A stretch of DNA of 64,000 nt from Histomonas meleagridis 2922-C6/04-290x (lineage: Eukaryota; Protista; Parabasalia), in NCBI GenBank assembly GCA_020184695.1, contig JAANOX010000268.1, positions 1 through 64,000 on the forward strand, given 5' to 3'. Numbering within the stretch: the stretch's first letter is position 1; every line of letters starts with the position of its first letter. Of this stretch, positions 11,401 through 21,670 are shown piece by piece. The position numbers were made by a program, and so were the translations under genes. The notes beneath the pieces were generated by a model. The model was not told where the DNA came from. It searched no databases and saw nothing but the letters and a program-made list of their open reading frames with translations.

Positions 11401-11818
11401 TGATATACATAACAAAATAATACAAACAATGTTACCAACATTAAATGAATTACATAGATTACTTCGAAATTTACATTCGCCTTGTCAAAAGAAATTAAAA
11501 GAATTTTATCAAAAGATTTGCTTGAAACATCCAAACTTGTTAAGTCAATTAGAAAAATCTGAACCAATTTTGGCAGTAGAATTGAAAAATGAAATGGAAT
11601 CAATCGAAGAAGAAGAAGTCGATCAACAAAAAACACCCCCAACAACGCCAAAGAAAGATATGCCGTACACTTCTCCGTTGTTATCAAAGATCGCGACGAC
11701 TCCACGTTCTTTGTTAAGTTCTCCAAAGTCACAAAAAATTGCATTACTTGCAACGCCTCCAAGAAGCAAGCGACAGATGGAATTTTCTACACCAAAACAT
11801 GCAAATGATTTGGATTAA
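8432..11818 (+). CDS. NCAPD3: Condensin II subunit CAP-D3-like HEAT-repeat protein
   Basis: 1128 aa HEAT repeats; Cnd1-type segment DPKVKCNCLIVLCDLCVKYSSLVDPHV...DESPIVQHQTLHVITRLVVEDFLKLKPLLFFKY. Confidence 0.8.
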   Translation: MNDVDKTVDFLSDSLDALGLNNVGIESISAMKLGDIDEDFLNLLSIDDSTPGTLSELESKLRHLFKSPEQVSVWETLRAKEISPSLFEVLCYILLTKQTELFPYGARIYTLLLGMEPSSTIWNPILFNHILSILISAQQILANGAQLNNSTKLQLDLANDIFQMISQFFNESFSKMLGQEVLIALIEISAKLMTGFRVEFDKYNNQFLSSAITLLKKLPKNQIDYLLPFLVDILLLQFALNTNTLNLRLERIRDKLLEFCLGIFLPNDERLELLCKHLLLRAPERSHLRRSACYIIFRLSIHYSETRNIIDFIIKMSKSNKIGNRSVSLYMFQLYIMNIDEVSQKIGEDTAEIIMEISGSIKTLLTDISPTVRSICLDCLSQLIPMFNTNQYGGVIKHIIDHNNSLFDILKKRIEEEKLTVRKSALNCLNSIIQNSLNEIPIGVIELLTDRVRDRAISIRQSAIKILSTSIGKFPKDNNLIKAWLSTVLPCVMDSEKTVQTEAITSIQKNIFDPIIEGRKEYFIENMNEEHFEIMKNVFIVIKQKAIPLNNITNSLIKIVTTQDEDEDNIKIWKLLEILSSVESSHIKPNILIQMWDQRNILPPEYYSILGNIKFKDENIKEDSINMIHEVIDSYHNQYKLINGLIKIIKSQLKERETEIWRSLLQICCERINILAQSQDTKSNDLNSLNNIIFLLGEIISNISKSILMDYDFNGLQLLITNKLPNNTIIPQNIRAISTITLGKLCISRKDISISFVSAFVHQLVISNDPKVKCNCLIVLCDLCVKYSSLVDPHVQLMTNSFADESPIVQHQTLHVITRLVVEDFLKLKPLLFFKYVYAITDVHNEVALFAQSCLSVILEKFPKIISDSFIDTIYYFSGCIDLPLLGETNEEKRIFKINSTKRRQLALSLLISKLNEVSTYTLIQALFTQVLERYVKEELDVFKHGVVLEDVIHSLNELEDKMKQSTEVEVINDDPVSDSVFEASKRIMIDIHNKIIQTMLPTLNELHRLLRNLHSPCQKKLKEFYQKICLKHPNLLSQLEKSEPILAVELKNEMESIEEEEVDQQKTPPTTPKKDMPYTSPLLSKIATTPRSLLSSPKSQKIALLATPPRSKRQMEFSTPKHANDLD

Positions 11819-12313
11819 TATAAATGTAAATAATAATAAATATCTTTAAAGCAGTGGCACTTTTTTGTAAATACTTTTTCAAAAGTCAAAATTTTGACTT
11901 TTTCTCACATTTTTCTGCGTAAGAAAACACAAATTTCCCATTGAATTATATACCATTTTATGTTGTAGGAAAGAGTCAGAATGATCATCAAATACTTTGC
12001 TTATAAACATTGTTATAGATATATATTTCGTTATGAAGTCGCCAGCCAAATTAAAATTAGAATTCAGAATTCAAAAACGTTGTTGCTTCGATTGAATTTT
12101 TATCTGCCGTTGGTTGATTTCCAACCGTTGAACCGTTCAATTGAAAGAACACTTTTTGACAGCTCATTTACTTTTTGTTGAAGTAATTACAATCTACAAG
12201 CAAAAGAAGAACAAATGGAAATGACCGCAAAAATGTATTGACCTTTATGTTTAATTTTTCTCTATGAAACCGGAAGAATGTATTAAAAAAAATGGAATTT
12301 TGAAAAAACAGAA

Positions 12314-13040
12314 CTAAATTTCATCTGTACTCTTTGAAAAGATGCGAACTTCGTAATCATCTACATCTGTGATATCAGCTTTTTTCATCAATACAGAAGG
12401 ATCAATATTTTCCCTCAGTATCTGTTTATATCCATTTCTGACGAAGTTACCTTGCTTATGGAATAGCCCGCCTTGATACGCTCTAATGCCGAGGAGTGAT
12501 CCAAACACAACTGAATTAACTTTTACAAGATTTTTTCCAATCAACATTACGCCAACTATTGAATATGAACTCGGATATTTCTCTGTTATTTTCACAGCAT
12601 TATAAAGCTTGTAATGAAAATGCCTCGCAGCACCGTTCCTCCTTGAAAAATAAAGTCTCCGAATATCATGGAGCGAAACATACTGTGATTTCCAATCACC
12701 AAAAGGAGCAAAGCCAAGCATATGTCTATGTGTTAGATTTTAATTATAAATATCTTGAACTTCAATTGAAATTCAAGATTTTTAGAGAAACATACGGATT
12801 TATATTTTTCTCGCTTGGGTCAAATTCTTTTGTGTCATCTTGGTTTTCAATTAATTGATTTTCAGTTTCGATATCGAAATTAAATAATTGTTGATCTGTA
12901 TTTTTAATTGCAGGAAATGTTGTGAATATATCCGGTAGTGCTTTTCGTTTTGGTGCATGTCCAGTTGTGCTATTGTTTTCAAATGAGAAATTTACAGCAT
13001 TCGTCAATTGGCTCATCTGGAAAGTTTTGAATTGACCCAT
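12314..13040 (-). CDS. IBD-like (initiator-binding, winged-helix) domain protein, two exons: about 13040-12796 and 12725-12314; start codon uncertain
   Basis: Removing intron 12726-12795 joins AAT CC|A CAT ATG (N-P-H-M), fusing ORF 12762-13103 in frame to ORF 12314-12721; C-terminal HFHYKLYNAVKIT...GV...FGSLLGI...GGLFHKQGNF resembles a parabasalid IBD-like family. Confidence 0.7.
12726..12795 (-). other. 70-nt spliceosomal intron
   Basis: 5' GTATGT and fused branch/3' signal TCTAACACATAG (cf. the T. vaginalis ACTAACACACAG consensus); removal restores the reading frame. Confidence 0.9.
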
Positions 13041-13359
13041 TGAATTCCAGATTTTTCCGAACGTCCATATCGTTACAACCAACTGAGAGTTCGTTATTTC
13101 CACTTTACTTTCGTAAATTTCAATTGCTTTGTGTTAACGAAAAATCAAGTTGATTTACACTGAATAAAACATACAAATAATTGAATATTGACAAATTTAT
13201 AATCACTGTAGGATGTTATTTCAAGTTTATTTCTTAGAACGAAAAAGTTTTCAAATTTGATTATTTTTTAATAAAAAACGTTTTAACGCTGAAATTTCAA
13301 TGAATTGTGTTCAAAAATTATGATCACATTGAATTTTGAGAATGGTCATAAACTAGTTT

Positions 13360-16113
13360 TCAAAAGTCTCTCAGATAGATGGCTATTTTCTGAGCAAAAT
13401 ATCTTGCCCGATACAAATCCGCAAGTGTCGCTTCTGGGAAATAATGTTCATGCACTTTATCTTGATTAATGATGATACAAAGCAACCAAATATGTAATTG
13501 CTTGGTTTTTAATCCTTCTTTGATCCATTCTTCTAATTTTGACTTCACGACAAAATTCATTTTCCTGAATGGACTTAAAGATTGTACAAAGTTTTTCCAT
13601 TCTGCACTTTGATATCGTTTGATTGAGGAAACATCGGTTATTACAGACCATGGATCTGCAAGGAATCCGAGCATTTTTGGCTTTAAGCCATTGTAAAATT
13701 GCGATGATATTATCGATACAACATCACTTTCTTTTTCGAAAATATCATCAATATCTAAATATTCAAACGCAGGTGTCAAAATGAATTTTTGGATGTTTTC
13801 AGTGCCTTCGGACTGGTAAATACTTGGGTCCGGAGAAACTGTGAAAGAGTGTGTATTAAACATATTTTCAATAGAAATCAATAATGTTTCTAAGAAATCA
13901 TCATTCCGAATCAATGCCGTCTTAGAGTAATACCTTAAAAGACAGTCATTGCTTCGTTTTAACTCATGTAAAAATGGTCCGAAAGAATTATTTTCAAGCA
14001 TAACCGCCGCGCCGATAAGAGCCTGGTTAACGGTCGTTTTCTCTTGTTCCATTTGAACGCAAATTGGCTCAAGTTCAGGAAGGAAAACACTTACCTCTTG
14101 GAATAATGGAACTAATGGTTCGGTAGAGTCCATTCCAGTAAAGTTTTTCATTCCATTAAGAAGAAGAGATGTAAGAAGAAAACATAAATGTTTCGTGATT
14201 TGATCGTTGTTGTGTGACACTTGATCAACGAAACGTAGTTGTTGATCAATTATAGAAATTTCGGTGATATATTGTATGTCAGGTTCTGATTTCTCATTAA
14301 AGGCATCCAAATCGAACTCTGGATTGATTGAAAAGTCGAACTCTTTCGAGAAATCATATTTGACTTCGGTTTGTAGTGTAATAATTGAGTGTTCTATTAA
14401 ATCATCTGTTGGCTTATCTGTATATGGATACAAAGTAAGATCATTGATGTTGTCGCTAAGCTCATTAAGAAAAGAGTTCATTAAATCTATGGATTGTGAC
14501 ATCATTGAAATTGATAGTTTCACATTTCTTGAAATCTCTTCAAAAGAAGGAACTTTGAAAACTTCTCTTTTTTGCTGAGCGCTACGCTTTTTCTTGAGTT
14601 TTTCTAGACGCTCTGGTAAATCGTTTGTTTCTGGAATATTAAGAATTTCATGTTCTTCCTGAATTGACGCCTTTATATCTTCAACCTTATGTTCTACTTT
14701 TGAGACTTCAATTGGGACATCGGGTATTATCGATGTTACTTCAATTGGGATTTCGACTGCAAAAATTTCTTCTTCATTTGCCGTAACGGTCTCCTCGGGA
14801 ACGTTTTCGACGGTTTTGATCTCTTCGGCGGTTTCGGGAGGTTTTGCATCTTGGGGTGGCCCATTGGGCTTCAGCCGCATCACTTTGTCTTGCAAACTTT
14901 CTTTTTTGGCTTCAGCAGCTGGCTTCTCATCAACAAGGGATGCGATTTTTAGAGGCGAGATGCTGACGGACTTAGCTTCTCTTTTGCGTTGGCTATCAAT
15001 TTTGCTTTTGATTTCAGATAACTGAGGTTGCTGCTGAGCTTCCGGTGTATTAATTCTAACCTTAGGTTGTGGCTCTTCTGTTTGTTTTGGCTTTGCTTCT
15101 GGCGGTGGAGTAACTGTCTTTTGTGGGGCAGGAGGAGCAGGTCTTCTTAGCTGTTCTTCTGGCGGCGGTGTGGTCCGCTTTGCTGTTGGTGCAGGAGGCG
15201 CAGGTCTTCTTGCTGGCGCTGGTGGAGCAGGTTTTCTTGGCTGTTCTTCCGGAGGCTTTTGTTTTGCTTCTGGCGGTGGAGTAACTGTCTTTTGTGGCGC
15301 AGGAGGCGCAGGCCTTTTTGGCTCTTCCAGCTGCTTCGGCTTTGCCTCTTGTGGCGGCGCGGCTCGCTTTGGCGCAAAATTTTTCTTCGGAGCTGGCATT
15401 CTGTTGGCGTATCCGTAGATCCAAATCACCCAGTTAATCATGGATTGCATTGATGGGCACTTGAGGATGCATGAAACTTGTTGTTTTTTTTGATTGATTT
15501 TCGTGATTTTGAAACAATTTTGGACTTCCATTGGTCCTACGAGCTTATTTTGTTCAAGGAGTGGAGTGATTGTGATGCTTGGTGATAAAATGGCTTCATA
15601 TCCAAGTGATGATGTATCATATCGTAATAATTGAAATTTAAGAGATCCACCAAGATGTGTTATGTTAGCATTAACTTTTGTAAATCTTTTCATGTCTGGG
15701 AAAAGACATTCAAGATCTTCACTACTATTTTCGAAAAATGTTGATGTCGATATAAAAGAGACACTATGTTGAAGTATATTACAGTATTTGTTATAAAACT
15801 CCTTGGCTTTTTCTTTGGATTGGAAAGTTAAGGGAAATCTCAATGATAGGTCTTGGATTGATTGAATTTCAATATTTTGGTTTTCAATTTTGGAATACAT
15901 GCCTCCTCCAAGTGTGAAATTTGGAGCAAAGATTACAAAACAAGAACTTGCTCTTAAATGTGACTTGGATGTAAAGATAAAAAATGGACCTACTGAATCA
16001 ATCGAATATCTTTTTGGTTTCGCAAAAAATGCTGAATTTTTTACTTCTACTTCACCGAATGAGTTATGCTCGTCAATTGGAGCATAGCTTGAAGGAAGTT
16101 TTAAATTCATCAA
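13360..16113 (-). CDS. Hypothetical protein: PH-like N-terminal region, Pro/Ala/Lys repeats, C-terminal RUN-like segments
   Basis: 917 aa; repeated (K/R)RPAPPAP and QKTVTPPPEAK; RUN-like EWIKEGLKTKQLHIWL...HYFPEATL and FLHELK...RYYSKTALI. Confidence 0.7.
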   Translation of the reverse strand: MMNLKLPSSYAPIDEHNSFGEVEVKNSAFFAKPKRYSIDSVGPFFIFTSKSHLRASSCFVIFAPNFTLGGGMYSKIENQNIEIQSIQDLSLRFPLTFQSKEKAKEFYNKYCNILQHSVSFISTSTFFENSSEDLECLFPDMKRFTKVNANITHLGGSLKFQLLRYDTSSLGYEAILSPSITITPLLEQNKLVGPMEVQNCFKITKINQKKQQVSCILKCPSMQSMINWVIWIYGYANRMPAPKKNFAPKRAAPPQEAKPKQLEEPKRPAPPAPQKTVTPPPEAKQKPPEEQPRKPAPPAPARRPAPPAPTAKRTTPPPEEQLRRPAPPAPQKTVTPPPEAKPKQTEEPQPKVRINTPEAQQQPQLSEIKSKIDSQRKREAKSVSISPLKIASLVDEKPAAEAKKESLQDKVMRLKPNGPPQDAKPPETAEEIKTVENVPEETVTANEEEIFAVEIPIEVTSIIPDVPIEVSKVEHKVEDIKASIQEEHEILNIPETNDLPERLEKLKKKRSAQQKREVFKVPSFEEISRNVKLSISMMSQSIDLMNSFLNELSDNINDLTLYPYTDKPTDDLIEHSIITLQTEVKYDFSKEFDFSINPEFDLDAFNEKSEPDIQYITEISIIDQQLRFVDQVSHNNDQITKHLCFLLTSLLLNGMKNFTGMDSTEPLVPLFQEVSVFLPELEPICVQMEQEKTTVNQALIGAAVMLENNSFGPFLHELKRSNDCLLRYYSKTALIRNDDFLETLLISIENMFNTHSFTVSPDPSIYQSEGTENIQKFILTPAFEYLDIDDIFEKESDVVSIISSQFYNGLKPKMLGFLADPWSVITDVSSIKRYQSAEWKNFVQSLSPFRKMNFVVKSKLEEWIKEGLKTKQLHIWLLCIIINQDKVHEHYFPEATLADLYRARYFAQKIAIYLRDF

Positions 16114-16434
16114 ATTTTAGGACGATAAAAATTAATTAACTGTGCATGCCAAAAAATTGAATGTCAAACGTATCCTGAAATACAACAGAATTTGTTACCG
16201 TTCTCGTAAAAATTGCATATCAAAAAATTGTCTAACCGAAACTATAATAATTCAAAAGTGATTTTTTCATTTGTTTCAAAAATCATTTTACATCATTTAT
16301 GCTCTTAATTTTGTTTTAAGTATTATATCTCCTAATAAATTATTGTGTTCTCCAATATTTGATATTACACATTGCAAACACTTGAACCAAAAGAAACATT
16401 TCTAAGATTTATGATATGTTGAATTTACATTTAT

Positions 16435-19400
16435 TTACTCATCTTCATCTACTAATTCTTCTTCTTCGTCAACATCCTCATCGTCATCTTCATCATCATC
16501 CACTTCGTCTGCTTCACTTGCTTCGTCGTCATCATCATCACTACTTTCATCCACAAATGTTCCATCTTCTTCTTCGTCATCTTCTTCTTCATTTTCATCA
16601 TCATCGATACCATTAATCAAGTTAATTAATTGTTGTACTGTTGTTTCTTCTGTTGGCTCTTTTCCAGTCTGTCTCTTCCACATAATTGACAACAACTCTT
16701 CGAGTGCGTCAATTAAAGAGTCAGTGCAATTCATTTTTGTACCTCTTGCTAACGCGTCTATAGCTCTTTCTATGTATTCCTTTTTAACATCTCCTTTCAC
16801 GCCACAAACTTTGGATAATTCTCGTACATATTTTTCATATATATCTTGTCGATTAATTCCATATATACTTTGGTTTTGTGATAATACTTTACTTGGACGT
16901 TGATTTAATAAACCACTTGGATGGAACAAACGCATTAATTCCTTAAAGTTACCAGAAGCGCAAGCAGAGTTAATAAATATATCTAATATATCATGTCGAA
17001 TTTGTTTATAATCATCAATACGTTCCATTAAAAATGGTGGCTTATATTCAAAATGGAAGAAATTATTAATGTTTAAACAATTCGGTCGAACGATTTTCTT
17101 GATTAATAAAAACGCTTCTTTAGGTGGACTTTCTTTCGCTAAGAATATATAAGGTAAAGGACTAACTACACGTGATTTACAATATGTCGAAATAGCATTA
17201 GAAAGTAATTTTGTATCATGAGTCATTAATGCTGTATAACATAATAAAGGCACGGCAAAATCAGTTTGTAATGTTGGTATTAATTTTAATGATTCATTTG
17301 CTATTTGTGATCCATCTTCAATTTGATTTGTTTCAACCATTAAACGAATTAACCAATATAAACGTCGAGCTTCTCTTTTAGGCTTATCAAACGGAGGAAT
17401 TCTTAATAACATTTGAATAACTTCATAAGGATCATCATTCTTTAATGCATGAGAAATAGCCCTTAACATTTGTAATTGTGGTAAATTACTATTTTCATTA
17501 TCAAGTAATTGGATTGCTTCATTTAACTTATTAATTGAGGCATCATTATTATTCGTAGATGTATTAGATAAATATGAATGTAATAAAACTCGAGCTAATG
17601 CTATTTGACTTTCTCCATGATGTTCATGATCATTTCGAAGTAAATCTTCTAATACTGTTTGAGGCGTGAAATTATTTGGTAATACAGTTTTGGATAAAAG
17701 TGATTCTTTTTTCTTAATCACTTTATACATTCGCCAACCATCAATAGATTTAATACAACCACAACCAGATTTCCAATGTTTCCAAATACCTAAATAAGGA
17801 ACAAACAATGAAATATTTGTTTTGTTTTCGAGGCGATAAGCATGTTCAATATAAGGCTGTATAAATCTTGAACATCTAAATTGTAAATGACTATGATGAT
17901 TAATATTACATAATGGCATATCACTAAAATAACATGTGAATGCAGATGTTAATTCACTTTCATATTCATCTGCTCTCGGTATTAATACATCTAATAATAC
18001 TTCAAGGAATTTACCATTACGTAAATGACATACGCCAAGTTTACCTAAATGTTTATGGATCTTAGATAATTGTGAAGGTGCATCCGGATTATTAATTGAA
18101 GCTATAGCTAATGCTAATGCTGAATCGAATATTATTTCTGGTGGCGCACCATAATCTGATAAAGATTTAAAGATTTGTGATAATTGTTGAATACATTCAT
18201 CATCCATTGGTTCATTAATTATCTTAAAGATACGTGAAAGATGTTCAATTTCATTTTTACTTTTGGGTATTAAATCAGGTAATAACTTTAAGAATTGTGA
18301 AAATACAATTTTTTTGGTATCAAGATCAAAGTTTAAAAATAATGAAACTAAATTTTGTAATGATAAAAATGATAATAGTTGTGGCTCTTCAAATAATTGT
18401 ATTGCTTCATCTTTATCCATTTGTGTATTTGTTGATATTTGTTTTAATATTTTAACTTGTTTCTCTTTCTCACTTAATAATTGATTATTTATAATAACAC
18501 CAGCATGTGCTATACATAAATCTTTATCTAAATGTTTTCGACATGCTAAAAGTTGGATTTCAAGTGTTTGATATGGTAAATTATTACGAATTGATTGTTC
18601 AAGTGTAGCAAATGCTATACGTAAAAGTGCATTTTGTGAATGTAAATTTGCTGGATTTACATCGCATAAAAAGATTTTACATTTATCTTCACGATAAACA
18701 AATGATAATTCAGCTAAAAATAGTTTGGTGGCTGGTGTTAACTCATTAAATATTTGTGGATTTAACCCAATGTTAATTAAACTATTACTAATGTCTTTCG
18801 GACAGATTTCATTTGTAAATGGAAGTTTCGCAATTTCATTTGTGATTTGTGATGCCAAAATGATTAGTGGCAAACTAAATAACCATGTGCATGCACTGAT
18901 CTCTTGAACAATAAAATTAGAAAAGAAATCAACAAGTGAACACCCACCAAGTGTTTTAACTATTTGTTGTTTGGTAATGCGTGGAACTGATTGAAGACGT
19001 ATATGTGGTGGATGAAAAAGTTCGACTGGTAGTGGTTTTTTTAACTGTAATTGTCCTGGTATAACAAATTCGGGTACATCATATGGATTAGTTTTAATTG
19101 AATCTTCAATTACTCGTAGAAATAATCGCCAACATGGCTCGGCAAGGTTAAAGCCAATAAAATGTGGTTGCTCATCTGGAATACATAAAGAGGGGAGTGG
19201 TGGGTCCTCAATTTCTATTTGAATTTGTGGTCGTATTTGATAAATTCGTGAATTGGCTGCCCTAAATAAATTTAAATTTTGAGTTTTTTGTGCACACATA
19301 GCAAGTTGTGCCCATATGTCAGTGCGGCTTTCATCTGTTTTAAGAGATTCAATTAAAAATGGAATTGCTTCATCATATTTCCCATTATGTATCTTGCACT

Positions 19401-19620
19401 TGGCAATTTCACGTTGACATTGAAAACGAACAATGTTACTAAAATCATTATCTGGTGGGAGTTCACTTAATATTTCGAGTAATGCTTCCTCTGTTTCAGG
19501 TTGTGGAAATGTACTCATTGCATTTGAAAAACGTGTTGAAAGAGAAACCATATTTTCATTTTGAGATGCAACTCTTAATTCTGTAACATTACCATCTGCA
19601 TTAAAACCTTTAACATTCAT
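16435..19620 (-). CDS. Large TPR/helical protein with acidic tail, possibly Cabin1/HIR3-like
   Basis: 1061 aa; N-terminal TPR (YDEAIPFLIESLKTDESRTDIWAQLAMCA...LFRAA) resembles the Cabin1/Hir3 N-terminus; D/E-rich C-terminus. Confidence 0.55.
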   Translation of the reverse strand: MNVKGFNADGNVTELRVASQNENMVSLSTRFSNAMSTFPQPETEEALLEILSELPPDNDFSNIVRFQCQREIAKCKIHNGKYDEAIPFLIESLKTDESRTDIWAQLAMCAQKTQNLNLFRAANSRIYQIRPQIQIEIEDPPLPSLCIPDEQPHFIGFNLAEPCWRLFLRVIEDSIKTNPYDVPEFVIPGQLQLKKPLPVELFHPPHIRLQSVPRITKQQIVKTLGGCSLVDFFSNFIVQEISACTWLFSLPLIILASQITNEIAKLPFTNEICPKDISNSLINIGLNPQIFNELTPATKLFLAELSFVYREDKCKIFLCDVNPANLHSQNALLRIAFATLEQSIRNNLPYQTLEIQLLACRKHLDKDLCIAHAGVIINNQLLSEKEKQVKILKQISTNTQMDKDEAIQLFEEPQLLSFLSLQNLVSLFLNFDLDTKKIVFSQFLKLLPDLIPKSKNEIEHLSRIFKIINEPMDDECIQQLSQIFKSLSDYGAPPEIIFDSALALAIASINNPDAPSQLSKIHKHLGKLGVCHLRNGKFLEVLLDVLIPRADEYESELTSAFTCYFSDMPLCNINHHSHLQFRCSRFIQPYIEHAYRLENKTNISLFVPYLGIWKHWKSGCGCIKSIDGWRMYKVIKKKESLLSKTVLPNNFTPQTVLEDLLRNDHEHHGESQIALARVLLHSYLSNTSTNNNDASINKLNEAIQLLDNENSNLPQLQMLRAISHALKNDDPYEVIQMLLRIPPFDKPKREARRLYWLIRLMVETNQIEDGSQIANESLKLIPTLQTDFAVPLLCYTALMTHDTKLLSNAISTYCKSRVVSPLPYIFLAKESPPKEAFLLIKKIVRPNCLNINNFFHFEYKPPFLMERIDDYKQIRHDILDIFINSACASGNFKELMRLFHPSGLLNQRPSKVLSQNQSIYGINRQDIYEKYVRELSKVCGVKGDVKKEYIERAIDALARGTKMNCTDSLIDALEELLSIMWKRQTGKEPTEETTVQQLINLINGIDDDENEEEDDEEEDGTFVDESSDDDDDEASEADEVDDDEDDDEDVDEEEELVDEDE

Positions 19621-20089
19621 TTGTGCGCCGTTTATTTTAGGCGCCCGTTACGTAGACCGTTAAAACGATATCGACTCGATTTTATTAGACAAAAAAAATT
19701 GAAAGATTTATATGATAAAATAAATTTGAAACAATAAAAACGTTACGGGTTGAATTTACGCAAAAGTGTTGTAAAGAAAAAATTTATTATATTTTTCTAA
19801 ATAACATGAATAATCAATCTTCAAAATAAAAATTGAAATCGACAAAATAAAATTCACATTAATAGATAAATTACGAAGTCGAATTCTTTTAATAAAGGGA
19901 TAAAAGAGAAGAGATTTTGCACTTTTTCAGCAGTACTTTTTGAATAAACAACAAACCGCGATTTTTTAATTCAAAAAAATTTGACGGACAATCAAATTTG
20001 TGTAGTTATTTTAAAAAGCTAATGTTTGAAATAAAATTTCAATTGTGTGAGGCCAACAATACCTGACAAATAATTTTTCATAGTACAAA

Positions 20090-20845
20090 ATGAGCAGAGA
20101 AAGATCTGCTTGGGATATTGACATCGGACCCGAACTACAACAAATTAGTTTGAATGACTTGACAAAAGTTGATAATTGTAGAAGAAGAGTTTTCTCACCG
20201 GACGATGATAAGTTAATGTTTGAACTTTTACAAACAGGAAAGTATTCAAATTGGTTTGAAATAGCAAGGATGATGACAGGAAAAACACCAAGGCAATGTA
20301 GAGACAGATGGATCAATTATTTATCACCAATTAATCGATTTGATCCTTGGACACAAGAAGAAGATCTTCAAGTTATTAAATATGTTAATGAAATGGGGAC
20401 AAGGTGGGGTTTAATATCAAAGTTATTAAATGGAAGAAGTGAAAATTGTGTGAAAAATAGATGGTATTCTTCATTAAAATCAAGATGCGGAATTAAAGCA
20501 GATGGATCTTTTTACCTTTTGAATAAGAGTGCTCATTCAGATAGCAAAAATGAAGAAAAAAAAGTCGAAGATTCACCACCTACAATTATAATTGATGAAG
20601 CAAATGTTACAAATACAAAAAAGAAGACAAAGAAGACAAAAAAACCAGAAAAAGTAATCACAGATCAGCCGGTAGAACAAATACAGAATGAAAATTTGCT
20701 ATTTGATAATTTCTTCAATAGCCAAATTTTTCAAAATACAGATGATGACCTTTGGAATTTCAAAATTGAAAGTCAAGTGAAGAGTTTTAATGAAGACCCT
20801 TTTTTTGGAACACCACAATTTGATGATTGGTATAATACATTTTGA
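20090..20845 (+). CDS. R2R3 Myb-like DNA-binding protein
   Basis: FSPDDD...WFEIA...KTPRQCRDRWINYLSP...WTQEED...GTRWGLISKLLNGRSENCVKNRW. Confidence 0.95.
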   Translation: MSRERSAWDIDIGPELQQISLNDLTKVDNCRRRVFSPDDDKLMFELLQTGKYSNWFEIARMMTGKTPRQCRDRWINYLSPINRFDPWTQEEDLQVIKYVNEMGTRWGLISKLLNGRSENCVKNRWYSSLKSRCGIKADGSFYLLNKSAHSDSKNEEKKVEDSPPTIIIDEANVTNTKKKTKKTKKPEKVITDQPVEQIQNENLLFDNFFNSQIFQNTDDDLWNFKIESQVKSFNEDPFFGTPQFDDWYNTF

Positions 20846-20972
20846 CAAACATGTTTATTTGCTAGCATGTATAACAAATCCCCCATGGTACAAATAATTT
20901 ATCACTAATTATTGAATAATTATGAAAAATTTTGTGGAAAATAAAACAAAAGATTAATCTTTAAACTTTTTT

Positions 20973-21329
20973 TTACATTTTATCAATTGCACAAAGTGTG
21001 CGAGTATTTTTAATTTGCTCATAAATTATTTCAAATTGTTTTTCGGTACTCTGTTTGGAAAAATATTCATTATCAACAAATGTAATTTGTGGATCATTTA
21101 CTGTTTGAGATTGGAGTGTTTCGATTTCTTCTGATATGTTTTTAAGTTTTTGATTTAGAGAATTTATCTTTTCCGTTATTCTTTCTTTAAAAAGTTGAAT
21201 AATCTTTTCTTGATTTTGGAAAATTTTTTCTTTTTGTGAATCGTTCATATTCTTTATTTCATCTAAACTTGGTAAAGGTCCATTGCATTCGTTTTGAAGA
21301 ATTTCTTGTAGTAGTTGGCTTCTTTCCAT
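20973..21329 (-). CDS. Small coiled-coil hypothetical protein
   Basis: 118-aa ATG-initiated ORF with heptad-like Q/E/K-rich composition. Confidence 0.6.
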   Translation of the reverse strand: MERSQLLQEILQNECNGPLPSLDEIKNMNDSQKEKIFQNQEKIIQLFKERITEKINSLNQKLKNISEEIETLQSQTVNDPQITFVDNEYFSKQSTEKQFEIIYEQIKNTRTLCAIDKM

Positions 21330-21670
21330 TTGAAAATTTCACAGTAGTTGTGAAAATTTCGACTGTGATTTTCAATAAAAGCTGATGTCACTTTTTTGTA
21401 ATGTTTTTTTCGATGGGTTTTTATGTAACTTCAGGACTTATTTATGATATTATTTACTGAGTATTAATTTTCTATTAAGCATAGAGTATTTATATAAAAA
21501 GTTGTGAAAGTACTTATACCTTAATTATTTAGAAATGTAGAAAAATGGCTCTGTTTACACAAATTCAATAGGTTATAATTTTAATATATCAGAACTAACT
21601 TTTAAATTCCTATACTTATTCAGCTATGCTAAAATTAATTTTAAAGATAAACCAATTGATTATCTTACAT

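Noticed and set aside
12970-12995. Possible 26-nt GTAAAT...AATAG short intron in the IBD-like gene
   Set aside because: It lacks a CTAAC branch signal and its removal does not give the required frame.
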